This document shows positions 9,914 through 19,400 of a stretch of DNA of 64,000 bases, piece by piece. Within the stretch, counting starts at the first letter, position 1; each line of letters opens with the position of its first letter. Position numbers and translations under genes: made by a program. Source of the DNA: a virus. The DNA is taken from IMG/VR virus record IMGVR_UViG_3300027771_000013, positions 2,931-66,930 of that record; one strand, given 5' to 3'. The notes under the pieces were generated by a model. It was not told the origin of the DNA. It saw only the letters and a program-made list of their open reading frames with translations, and made no database searches.

Positions 9914-10137
9914 ATCAACGACTTAGCACTTGACAAATGGCGGACCGGACGGGACTCGAAGCTGCTTTTACCCTTTTCAGCACAGTACAACAAACCTTAA
10001 AAACCCATATATAACAACAGCATAGGCTTCCTGCCCTGTGCTGCAATTTGCTCATTCATTTTCCAATCGTCCCAGAAACAGTTCCAGAAATAACATTCTG
10101 GCCTGTAATTGTGGCCGCTCAAAATTCTTCCAGAAAA
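9850..10137. mobile_element. attP site: arm repeats + IHF site + tRNA-derived core
   Basis: GTCCCAAAA x2 (9856, 9867); GTCCCAGAAA (10069), GTTCCAGAAA (10081), TTCCAGAAA (10128); IHF consensus AATCAAcgacTTA at 9913-9925; core at 9938-9960. Confidence 0.85.
9938..9960 (-). other. att core = 3' end of a tRNA, most likely tRNA-Asp (TTCGAGTCCCGTCCGGTCCGCCA)
   Basis: T-loop TTCGA, T-stem, acceptor 3' strand, G discriminator and CCA; one mismatch to the enterobacterial tRNA-Asp end TTCGAGTCCCGTCCGTTCCGCCA; no 5' tRNA half present. Confidence 0.88.
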
Positions 10138-10184
10138 CTTATTAGGCGCTTGATAGTGTCGCTAACCCAAAAAAAGGAACTCTT

Positions 10185-10676
10185 ATGTTTAAAGATTTAT
10201 CGCAGCTGTGCGAAAACAGCCCTAATTGCCTTAACCAAAAAACCCTAGAAACGCTTTATTGCGAACAATGTACTTATATAGATACCCCAATACAGCTGTG
10301 CGAAGAAGATTACCGCTCAGATGCTCGTTTTGAAAATTACGAATTCGCTGTAGAAACTCCCGTTTCTGAAGCACGCCCCGCACCTGAATTTCTCAAAGCA
10401 GCTGCTGGCCACATGGAAGATCGTGCAACTACGTACGACAACCCAGCTGGTGAACGTTCTATGGCTGCTGCAGTGGCTGCATTTAACGCAGTTACTGGCG
10501 ATGGTGAAATGAACAGTGAAGAACGTGGTTGGATATTCATGACTTTATTAAAAGCTGTACGTACACAACAAGGGGGTTATCGAGAAGATAACTACGAAGA
10601 CGGTGCTGCGTATTTTGCATTAAGTGGTGAAGCCGCTTCAGCTAATCGAGTTGCACCTACTTCTACTCTTTCTTAA
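10185..10676 (+). CDS. DUF6378-like phage protein
   Basis: 'R...YD...ERSM...FN..TG....GW.FM.LLK..R......DNYEDGAAY.AL.GE' pattern. Confidence 0.7.
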   Translation: MFKDLSQLCENSPNCLNQKTLETLYCEQCTYIDTPIQLCEEDYRSDARFENYEFAVETPVSEARPAPEFLKAAAGHMEDRATTYDNPAGERSMAAAVAAFNAVTGDGEMNSEERGWIFMTLLKAVRTQQGGYREDNYEDGAAYFALSGEAASANRVAPTSTLS

Positions 10677-10684
10677 GGATTCTT

Positions 10685-11647
10685 ATGACTGCTTATACAG
10701 GCACAACTAGTGTCCCTTTATCAGTGGCGGTATTCCTAGCTACTGATCATTACGATCACGACCCTAACACTATCTCTGCTACTCGATTATTGAAATCAGT
10801 GCGGCAAACAGTGCTTTCGGCCAGAGTGCCAGAAGAAGAAGCTAATACTGACTTAATAAGCTTATTCAAGTCACGTATTGGAACTGCAATTCATGACGGT
10901 ATTGAAAAAGCCTGGTTAGGTGACTATCAAAACGCTATGCGTCTTTTAGGGCACGCAGACAAAGTAATTCAACGCGTCAAAGTTAACCCAACTGAGGTAG
11001 GGCCTGACGATATACCCATTTACATGGAACAGCGGTACTACAAAACTTTTCAAGGCAAACGTTTATCTGGAAAAGTAGATTTTATCTGTAATGGCCGACT
11101 TGAAGATTTTAAATCAACAGGTACATACACATGGAATGCTGAGAATAAAGATAAAGACTATCAGCTACAAGGCAGTATTTATCGCTGGTTAGCTCCAGAG
11201 GTGATAACTGAAAATGTATTTGCTATTCAATTTTTGTTTACAGATTGGAAACCTGCATTTGCAGCAAATGATCCTAAGTACCCTGCTAGTCCAGTAATGG
11301 AACGTCTAATTCCGCTTATGTCTCTTGAAGAAACTGAACGCTATGTAAGTGAAAAAATAGCGCTCATTAATAAATTAGAGCATGCCGCTGATGAAGACAT
11401 TCCATTGTGTACTGACCATGAATTATGGAGGCGTGCACCTGTATATAAATACTTTAAAAATCCTGCTAAGACTAGTCGCAGTACTAAAAACTTTACTAGC
11501 TCAGCTGAAGCGTACATGCGCCTTCATGAAGACGGCAATGTAGGGATTGTTAAAGAGATACCTGGGAAAGTCATTGCGTGTAACTACTGCAGTGCATATC
11601 CAGTGTGCAAACAAAAAGATTCTTATTTAGCCAATGGCTCACTCTAA
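10685..11647 (+). CDS. PD-(D/E)XK exonuclease, N4 gp42-like
   Basis: GTAIH, EQR, SGKVD, DFKST motifs and C-terminal CxxC; syntenic upstream of primase. Confidence 0.85.
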   Translation: MTAYTGTTSVPLSVAVFLATDHYDHDPNTISATRLLKSVRQTVLSARVPEEEANTDLISLFKSRIGTAIHDGIEKAWLGDYQNAMRLLGHADKVIQRVKVNPTEVGPDDIPIYMEQRYYKTFQGKRLSGKVDFICNGRLEDFKSTGTYTWNAENKDKDYQLQGSIYRWLAPEVITENVFAIQFLFTDWKPAFAANDPKYPASPVMERLIPLMSLEETERYVSEKIALINKLEHAADEDIPLCTDHELWRRAPVYKYFKNPAKTSRSTKNFTSSAEAYMRLHEDGNVGIVKEIPGKVIACNYCSAYPVCKQKDSYLANGSL

Positions 11648-11662
11648 ATTAAGGAAGATTAA

Positions 11663-13816
11663 ATGAACAACCGATTAAAGCCTGTATCAGAGATGGAATT
11701 TCATCCTATACAGGAAAAGTTAGTAAATATTCTTTGTGAAAAAACTCAGAATACCAACCCACTGTTTTTCCGAATCTCAGTGTCATATTACTTTGCAACT
11801 GTCGCTGCAATGATGCGAGCCAATGTAGCTACTTTAGATGGTGGTGATGTACCTATCAACATGTACACCGTAAACCTGTCTACTTCAGGCAGCGGAAAAG
11901 GTGTGTCTACTAACTTTATGGAAGAAAAGATTATTAACCAGTTTGAGCATAATTTTATGCAAACAACTATGCCCTTAATAGCACAACAAAACTTACCTGT
12001 AATTGCCAATCAACGTGCCATTAAAAAAAGCACTGACCCTGACGATGAGCTTGCTCGTTTACAAAATGAGTATGTTGACATAGGTGATTTTGTTTACAGT
12101 TTTGACTCAGGCTCAGCACCTGCAATTAAAGCTGCTCGCCACAAATGCTTATTAGCAAGTGTAGGCTCATTAAACTTACAGATTGATGAGATTGGCTCTA
12201 ATCTAACTGGGAACGTAGATGCGCTTAACGCATTCTTAGAATTATTTGACGTTGGTAAAATCAAAGGGAAATTAACTAAAAACAGTAGTGATAATAAACG
12301 AGTAGAAGAAATTAAAGGGGCTACACCAACTAACATGATGTTATTTGGTACTCCTAGTCGTCTACTTAACGGTGGTAAAGCAGAAGATGAGTTTTACAGT
12401 ATGCTGGACACAGGTTATTCACGCCGCTGTTTCTTTGGTTATGCCAGAGGACACACACGTAACAATAATAAAACGCCCGAAGAAATCCTTAAGCAACGTA
12501 CAAACAATACTACTAGCGCTGATATAGAAGCTATTTCTGACGCTATAGGTAAATTAGCTGACCCAACATATGTTAATAAATCTATAGCTGTTTCTGAACA
12601 AGTAACATTACTACTAATTGAATACCAATTAAATTGCGAGCGATTAGCAGACGAGTTACCTGAACATGAAGAGATGAAAAAAGCAGAGCTATCTCACCGT
12701 TGGTGGAAAGCATTAAAACTTGCTGGAGCTTACGCATTTATTGATGATGCAATTGAATTAACTGAAGATCACATTTATTACGCAATAAAACTAGCCGAAG
12801 AATCAGGTACAGCGTTTGGAAATCTACTTACCCGTGATAGACCTTACGTTAAATTAGCTAAGTATATTGCTAATGTGAACAGAAGCATTACTCAAGCTGA
12901 CTTAGTCGAAGACTTGCCTTTTTACCGTGGAGCAGCATCTCAAAAAACAGAGATGATGCAATTAGCTATTGCTTACGGGTATCAAAACAATATTTTGATT
13001 AAGAAATCTTTTGTAGATGGTATTGAGTTTTTACGTGGAGAGTCTCTCACTGCAACGAACTTAGAGGAAATGCGAGTAAGTTACAGTTCTGATATTGCCA
13101 AGGGCTATAAAAATGAAACTGCTCCTTTTGATCAGTTACATTTACTAACTCAAAGTGCAGGAATGCACTGGGTAAATCATCATTTAGTTAATGGACACCG
13201 AAAAGAAGAAAACGTATTAACTGGTTTTAATATGATAGTTATTGACGTAGATAAAGGCGTAAATTTATCTACTGCTCAAATGCTATTAAAAGATTATAAA
13301 GCGTTGTTTTACACAACAAAGCGACATACAGAAGCAGAACATCGTTTTCGTATTGTTATGCCTATTAATTATGAATTAAAACTAGATGCAAAAGAATACA
13401 AAGAATTTATGAGCAATTTGTTTCAATGGCTTCCTTTTGAAGTTGACGAAGCAACTAATCAACGTGCTAGAAAATGGCTGTCAAATAATGGTCCTTATTA
13501 TTATCAAGATGGCGATGTTTTAGACATCTTACCGTTCATACCTAAAACCAGTAAAAATGAAAAGCTTAAAGAGAAATTTAAAGATCAAAAATCTTTAGAC
13601 AACCTTGAACGCTGGGTCATTAACAACACTGGTGATGGCAATCGCAATAATCAATTACTGCGATACGCCTATGTATTAGTAGACGCAGGCTACGACTTTG
13701 AAGGAATACGTCAACGTGTCACTTCACTAAACGACAAGCTCGTAGACAAACTAGATGAAGCTGAAATATTAGGCACCATTATGGTTACTGTAGGCAAAAA
13801 ACTCTCTTCTATCTAA
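11663..13816 (+). CDS. DNA primase, N4 gp43-like
   Basis: STSGSGKG P-loop, DEIG, VIDVD, TTKRHT...RFR, C-terminal GNRNNQL (PriCT-like). Confidence 0.9.
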   Translation: MNNRLKPVSEMEFHPIQEKLVNILCEKTQNTNPLFFRISVSYYFATVAAMMRANVATLDGGDVPINMYTVNLSTSGSGKGVSTNFMEEKIINQFEHNFMQTTMPLIAQQNLPVIANQRAIKKSTDPDDELARLQNEYVDIGDFVYSFDSGSAPAIKAARHKCLLASVGSLNLQIDEIGSNLTGNVDALNAFLELFDVGKIKGKLTKNSSDNKRVEEIKGATPTNMMLFGTPSRLLNGGKAEDEFYSMLDTGYSRRCFFGYARGHTRNNNKTPEEILKQRTNNTTSADIEAISDAIGKLADPTYVNKSIAVSEQVTLLLIEYQLNCERLADELPEHEEMKKAELSHRWWKALKLAGAYAFIDDAIELTEDHIYYAIKLAEESGTAFGNLLTRDRPYVKLAKYIANVNRSITQADLVEDLPFYRGAASQKTEMMQLAIAYGYQNNILIKKSFVDGIEFLRGESLTATNLEEMRVSYSSDIAKGYKNETAPFDQLHLLTQSAGMHWVNHHLVNGHRKEENVLTGFNMIVIDVDKGVNLSTAQMLLKDYKALFYTTKRHTEAEHRFRIVMPINYELKLDAKEYKEFMSNLFQWLPFEVDEATNQRARKWLSNNGPYYYQDGDVLDILPFIPKTSKNEKLKEKFKDQKSLDNLERWVINNTGDGNRNNQLLRYAYVLVDAGYDFEGIRQRVTSLNDKLVDKLDEAEILGTIMVTVGKKLSSI

Positions 13817-13827
13817 ATCACATCTGT

Positions 13828-13858
13828 GGGGACTCCGTCCCCTTTTTTGCAAAACTAT
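13828..13858 (+). promoter_or_regulatory. GGA-triloop hairpin element (GGGGAC-TCC-GTCCCC-TTTTTTGCAAAA); promoter and/or terminator
   Basis: Perfect stem, same loop and tail as the 8277 element. Confidence 0.55.
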
Positions 13859-13877
13859 TCAATTAATTGGAGACATC

Positions 13878-14627
13878 ATGTCAACTCATATAAATGACCA
13901 CCTAGTTTTATTAGGCGGCAAATCCACAACTGGGAAATCACATTCCCTTATGGGATTACAAAACCCAGAAGGCGTAATGTATTTAAATTGCGAGGCAGGT
14001 AAACGATTACCGTTTCCAGCTAAATTTTTAAAAGGTCCTGACGGAAACGTAGGATTTACCATTACTGATCCATTCCAAGTTTATGAAGCGTTTGAACGCG
14101 CAGAAACAATGCCTGACGTACACACTATCGTTATTGATTCACTTACCTATCTTATGGATATGTACGAATCTGACTACGTATTACCGTCAACGAATGGCAT
14201 GAAAGCTTGGGGCGAATTTGCACAATACTTTAAAAACCTTATGCAAAAGCATGTCGCTAAATCTAGCAAAGCAGTGATCTTTACTGCCCATGTTTTAGAC
14301 AATTTAAACGAATCTGAACACGTAATGGAAACAAAAGTTCCCATTAAAGGTTCACTTAAAAATAATGGGATTGAAAGTTACTTTTCAACCGTTATTTCTT
14401 CTAAGAAAGTAAAGCTAAAAGATTTAGAACCTTACGAATCTGACTTACTTACTATCTCAGAAGAAGAACAACTTCTTGGCTTCAAATATGTTTTTCAAAC
14501 TAAGTTGACTGAAACAACAGTTAATGAACGTTTACGTGGCCCAGTAGGATTGTTCACCACCAAAGAAACGTTCGTTGACAATAACGTACAACACATCATC
14601 AATCGCCTAAACGAATATTACGTTTAA
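13878..14627 (+). CDS. AAA/Sak4-like ATPase, N4 gp44-like
   Basis: GKSTTGKS Walker A, IVIDS Walker B, FTAH; synteny. Confidence 0.88.
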   Translation: MSTHINDHLVLLGGKSTTGKSHSLMGLQNPEGVMYLNCEAGKRLPFPAKFLKGPDGNVGFTITDPFQVYEAFERAETMPDVHTIVIDSLTYLMDMYESDYVLPSTNGMKAWGEFAQYFKNLMQKHVAKSSKAVIFTAHVLDNLNESEHVMETKVPIKGSLKNNGIESYFSTVISSKKVKLKDLEPYESDLLTISEEEQLLGFKYVFQTKLTETTVNERLRGPVGLFTTKETFVDNNVQHIINRLNEYYV

Positions 14628-14652
14628 GCACAATTAACCCAAGGAAATAATT

Positions 14653-15387
14653 ATGACAAACCCATTTGCAAACTTAGCAGAAACAGAAACTGAAACTGAC
14701 TACATTCCAAGTAGCGGTCCATTAGAATCAGGTATCTACGAAGGTATCATTACTATGGCGTACAAAGGCATAAGCAAAGCTGGCGCTGCGTTTATGGCGT
14801 TAACTATTGATAGTAACGGTCGCTCTCACTCTGAGAAAGTGTACGTCACATCAGGTAACGCAAAAGGCAACAAAGCGACTTACACTGACAAAAAGTCAGG
14901 TAAAGAGAAGGCATTGCCAGGCTACTTACTTGGTAGCGCGTTTGCTAACTTAGCAGGCGACAAAAAAATTCAGGATCTTGCTACAGAAGAAAAAATCGTT
15001 AACATCTACGATTATGAGCAGAAAAAAGAATTGCCTACTAAAGTCGACGTCTTCATTGACTTACTGGATTCACCCATCATTGTTGGTTTAGTTAAAACCA
15101 TTGAAGATGAACGTAAAGCTAATGACTCAGGCATTTATGAAGCTACTGGCGAAACTAGACAGCAAACCCAAATCAATAAAGTATTTAGAGCAAGTGATCG
15201 TAAAACTGTTGCTGAAGCAATGGTAAAAGATTCTGCTGCTACTTACATTGATAACTGGGAAAAACGTTACACAGGTACTTTAAAAGATAATTCTAAAGGT
15301 ACTTCAGGTGTAGCAGGTGCTCCAAGAACTAATGTAGTTGCTGCTGCTGGAAGCGCAGCTAAACCATCTCAGAGTCTTTGGGGATAG
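14653..15387 (+). CDS. ssb: single-stranded DNA-binding protein / late transcription activator, N4 gp45-like
   Basis: N4 SSB-like motifs (LPGY, EEKIVNIYDY, TGETR) and C-terminal SLWG; synteny. Confidence 0.88.
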   Translation: MTNPFANLAETETETDYIPSSGPLESGIYEGIITMAYKGISKAGAAFMALTIDSNGRSHSEKVYVTSGNAKGNKATYTDKKSGKEKALPGYLLGSAFANLAGDKKIQDLATEEKIVNIYDYEQKKELPTKVDVFIDLLDSPIIVGLVKTIEDERKANDSGIYEATGETRQQTQINKVFRASDRKTVAEAMVKDSAATYIDNWEKRYTGTLKDNSKGTSGVAGAPRTNVVAAAGSAAKPSQSLWG

Positions 15388-15962
15388 TGGCTAAATTAGA
15401 CGTCGTAGGATTTGACCCCTCTTTGAATAATTGGGGAGTAGCACGAGGTATTTACTGCACTGAGAGCCAAAGTCTTGAGATCTTGGAGCTCGATGTTATC
15501 AAGCCTGTTCTTCCAACTGGAAAACAGGTAAGACAAAACAGTAAAGACCTTCAAGCCGCTCTGCAATTATCAAAAGGGGCCTCTATGCATTCTAAAGGCG
15601 CTGACGCAATCTTTATAGAAGTTCCCATTGGTAGCCAATCGGCTAGAGCAATGGCTTCTTACGGTATTTGCGTTGGCGTATTAGGATGCTTACGAAGTAA
15701 TGGAGTACCTTTTTTTGAGGTTACTCCCACCGAGGTAAAGTTAGCCACTGTAGGATCTAAAACCGCATCTAAAACTGAAATGATTGAATGGGGAACTACT
15801 CACCAGCCACAAGCACCTTGGCCAACCCGTAAAGTTAAAGGCGTTGAACAAGTAATAACAGGCAAAGCTGAACATATGGCTGATGCTATTGGTGCTATTA
15901 AAGCAGGGACTCAATTAGATCTTTTTAATCAATTAACTACCTTATTAAACAACAGGAAATAA
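15387..15962 (+). CDS. RuvC-like Holliday junction resolvase, N4 gp46-like
   Basis: VVGFDPSL, FIEVP, HMADAIG motifs; probable GTG start at 15387. Confidence 0.85.
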   Translation: MAKLDVVGFDPSLNNWGVARGIYCTESQSLEILELDVIKPVLPTGKQVRQNSKDLQAALQLSKGASMHSKGADAIFIEVPIGSQSARAMASYGICVGVLGCLRSNGVPFFEVTPTEVKLATVGSKTASKTEMIEWGTTHQPQAPWPTRKVKGVEQVITGKAEHMADAIGAIKAGTQLDLFNQLTTLLNNRK

Positions 15963-15964
15963 TT

Positions 15965-16237
15965 ATGTTAGTCGTACTTAAACAAGCTGAAATTGAGCTG
16001 GCTATTACCAGCTATATGGCAGCACAAGGTATTTCTAGGCCGGTGACGGCTATGGAATTTACTGCAGGAAGAGGATCATCCGGCATATCTGCTGATGTTC
16101 GCTTTGACCCAATTGCCAGTTCTATTCAAGAAAATTGCAAAGAGCCTACTGCAAATACAGTAATGCCTAGCGCAATACCAGGGACTGTAACAGAAGACGA
16201 ATTAGGTGATGCATCTAATAGTCTTTTTAGTCATTAA
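15965..16237 (+). CDS. conserved N4-like hypothetical protein
   Basis: 'L.QAEIE.AI..Y...G.....FTAGRG' pattern at the usual position after the resolvase. Confidence 0.7.
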   Translation: MLVVLKQAEIELAITSYMAAQGISRPVTAMEFTAGRGSSGISADVRFDPIASSIQENCKEPTANTVMPSAIPGTVTEDELGDASNSLFSH

Positions 16238-16239
16238 AT

Positions 16240-16428
16240 ATGGGTATCATTAAGGATGCCCTGCAATTTATATTTTCATTTATTGCAGCCGCATTACTTG
16301 TAGCATTAGGCACAGCAATCCTGATATTTGGTGGAGCCATTATGTCTGGCCTTACCCTACTAGCAGGATTGCTGTTTATTATTGTTATTGTGGCTTTTGT
16401 TATTAAAGCAGCGCTATCGGGAGATTAA
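16240..16428 (+). CDS. small two-TM membrane protein
   Basis: 62 aa, two hydrophobic stretches. Confidence 0.65.
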   Translation: MGIIKDALQFIFSFIAAALLVALGTAILIFGGAIMSGLTLLAGLLFIIVIVAFVIKAALSGD

Positions 16429-19400
16429 TCTCCGTCTATAGCGTCAATTAATAACTGCATTGTAATTGCATCGTCCCAGGTATCTATAAGCTCAAACGCA
16501 CCGGCACCAAACGGATTAGCAAGCTTTTCAGTAATGACAGAGTCTAATACACTTTGCATTGCTGGGAAGTAAGCTTCCAACATTGCTAAACCAAACGCTC
16601 TTGCTGGACTTTCTCTAAACAAGTTAAAAATAGTTTTCTGTATACGTATGTAGTATTTAGTAAACCAAATTAACCCAGTGTCATTTAAGTACTGCAATGC
16701 TCTGTGTTGGGGAATATCATAGTTTACAAACGAATCTTGTGCCCTACTCATTGCATCTACTCTTGATAAAGGATTCTTTCTACGAGTAGTAAGATGCTCA
16801 ACTAAAATTAGTCGCCCAATAAAATCACTGTATTGCGTGGCTTTATGCATTACTTTATACGTTACAGTATCATGTGTCATTAAAACGTTTTTAACACCTG
16901 TTTTAATTGCATTGGGAACTAAACGCGTTTTTCTATCAATAGATTCCATTAGTTGGGATTTCATTGAATATGGATCTTCTACAGAATTCACATCTTCTAC
17001 AATAGTTTGATACAAGCCTGCCGAAACCAACTCATGTACTGGGTTCCTTTCTAAAGCGTCTTCAAGACGAACAATACTCTGCTCAACTTCTCTTTTCATG
17101 TCGCCAGCAAAATACCCTGTTTCAACCTTACTTTTTAACGCAAACAAACTTTTTTCGTCTCTCTCATACTTAACTGTATTGATAAAGCCTTTTACATGCC
17201 CAGAAATAATTTTATTTATTGACACACCTGTCCAAGCAAGTAATGTTACATTGCTCGACAAGTTACCAATAAACGTAACTAAGTTTTTAATAACTAAAAT
17301 ATCTTTAACTACGCCTACAATTTCTTGCCAAACATCTTCAGTTTGTCTAATTCGTAATTGAGACACACCTAACCCATTTGCTATACCAATAATGACTTGT
17401 TCACTTATTTTTCGTTGATCTTCTTCTGTAGGCTTCCAAGGAAGCAAACTATTTATTGCATCAGACAATCCTAATGCACGCTTTTTGTACCCATCAGTAA
17501 TTGAATATTTGCGATACCCAAAAGTCATGTTGAACACATCATTTTTAATAAACATGGCATTACCGCCCCAAACGCGTTTTATTTCACGCTTAGTTGCTGT
17601 AGGCATAAGTCTAAATGCTTCCGCAATCTCTGGATCTGAACTGCTTGCACTAAAGTTTATATAGTCTTTAGGATTTTTTACGTAGTCTTCTTCGTACTGT
17701 TTGTGATGCGCATTAACAACTTGATTGTTAATATCTTCAGAGCCTGCCTTATCAAACACATTACTAGCCATTGCTCCCAGTACTTGGTCAATGCGAGTGT
17801 CTGGGTTAAAAATAACTTCTTTAGTAGACTCCAACATAAGTTGACGCCATCCAGTAATATCACCTTTAGGATTAAATATTGGAGCTAGTCTAGTTTCTCT
17901 ATCCGATTGTGGCGTATAGTTTTCAGGTCGTGTCAGTAACGCATTACGTTTATCTTCTTTACGCTTTGTAATACGTGCTGTTTCATTTACATTTATTGTG
18001 CCCAAACTATCTTTGCCCGCTAAACTACCTGCTGAACGTTTTCCTGTAGTAGACATAATTCCACTGACAACTTTAACTAGCCCAAGACCTTTTGCTGTGT
18101 ATAAATACTGTTCTTCGCTAGTAGTGTCATCTTTATCTTTGCCTAACTTACTATCAAAAACTTTAACGTATCCAGCTTTTTCGAGTTGTTCCCCGGTAAC
18201 AGCGTCTGCAATCCTTAAATCAATATTCTGGTCGTATATTTCTTTAACATACCCTTTTCTCATAAGTGTAGGGTCGTTATTAAACGCAGTTGTTAATGCT
18301 TCCTCTTGCATAGCTTGATGCTGTCTTAACGTATACTCTACACCGTTTTCGTTAACTTCTGGACGAGTACGCTCTTGAACAAATAACTCACGCAACGTTT
18401 CTTTTTTCGTTTCTGCTAAATATTTAATAGCGTATAAAGACACCAATGGATTAAGTATTTCAACGGCCACTGCCTGATCTTGTGCAGACACGGTATTTTT
18501 AAATCCAGCTAGCATTGCTATCTGATGTACGTTTTGAGCTTGATTTTCATGCGTATGGGAAGAAACCATATGGTCAGCCAAATCTTTAGCTGCACTTAAA
18601 TACCATAAACGATAAGTACCTGTTAACTGACTTTCCATTTCTTTAATAGCGTTATTCAGTTCTATTCCGTCTTCTGCGAATAAGCTTTCCATTTCAGCTA
18701 TAGTGCGATTAGTAAATAACATTGCTGCGTCAGTACGTAAAAAGTCAGTTACTGCTCTTGATTGCTTGTCCGTCAGTGACGTATACGCAGCTCTTGCTAC
18801 GTTAGCTACCTGTGTTTTTATTGCTTGACGACTTTGAGTATGTCTATTCCCTAAGTTTAACAACGTATGTAATACTTGATTGTTTTCAGTACGCCCTTGC
18901 ATATCAGTCAACATAGACATAAATACGCCTTGTTTACCTTCTGATAATTGATTGCGTACTTTTTTAATTACCTCTATAACTTCTTGGCCTCTGTTTTCTA
19001 AAACCACTTCACCTACTTTGCCCAATGCTTGCACTACAACAGCGTTTGAGTTTTTTATTTTGTCAGACGTCAATGCCTTAACTAAGTTATTTCGTCCTTT
19101 ATTTACCAAAGCCTCTATAGTGTCTTCAGCAGTCTCTGTTACTGTCTTACTTCGCTGTAAACGCAATGCTTCTTTCTTACGCTGTGTGGCTAAAGATCTT
19201 GCAAGCGTAATTAAACGAACATCTTGTGTTTCTGCACGGTTAGTGCGCGTAATTACTCGACGTAAATTAGCCATTAGCCTGGCAATAAGCGCAGCAGCTT
19301 TTTCATACAATGACATTGAAACATCACTGTCTGTTGTTTGTGCAACAGGCAATGCAGCTAAAGCGTTACTTAACGGTTCATACGCTACAGCTAACGCACC

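Noticed and set aside
9938-10010. Full tRNA gene
   Set aside because: Only the 3' 23 nt are tRNA-like; no D or anticodon arm follows, so it is an att core
10685-11647. Cas4 / CRISPR-Cas system
   Set aside because: The nuclease is the conserved N4 gp42-like gene; no repeat-spacer array or other cas genes were seen in the window
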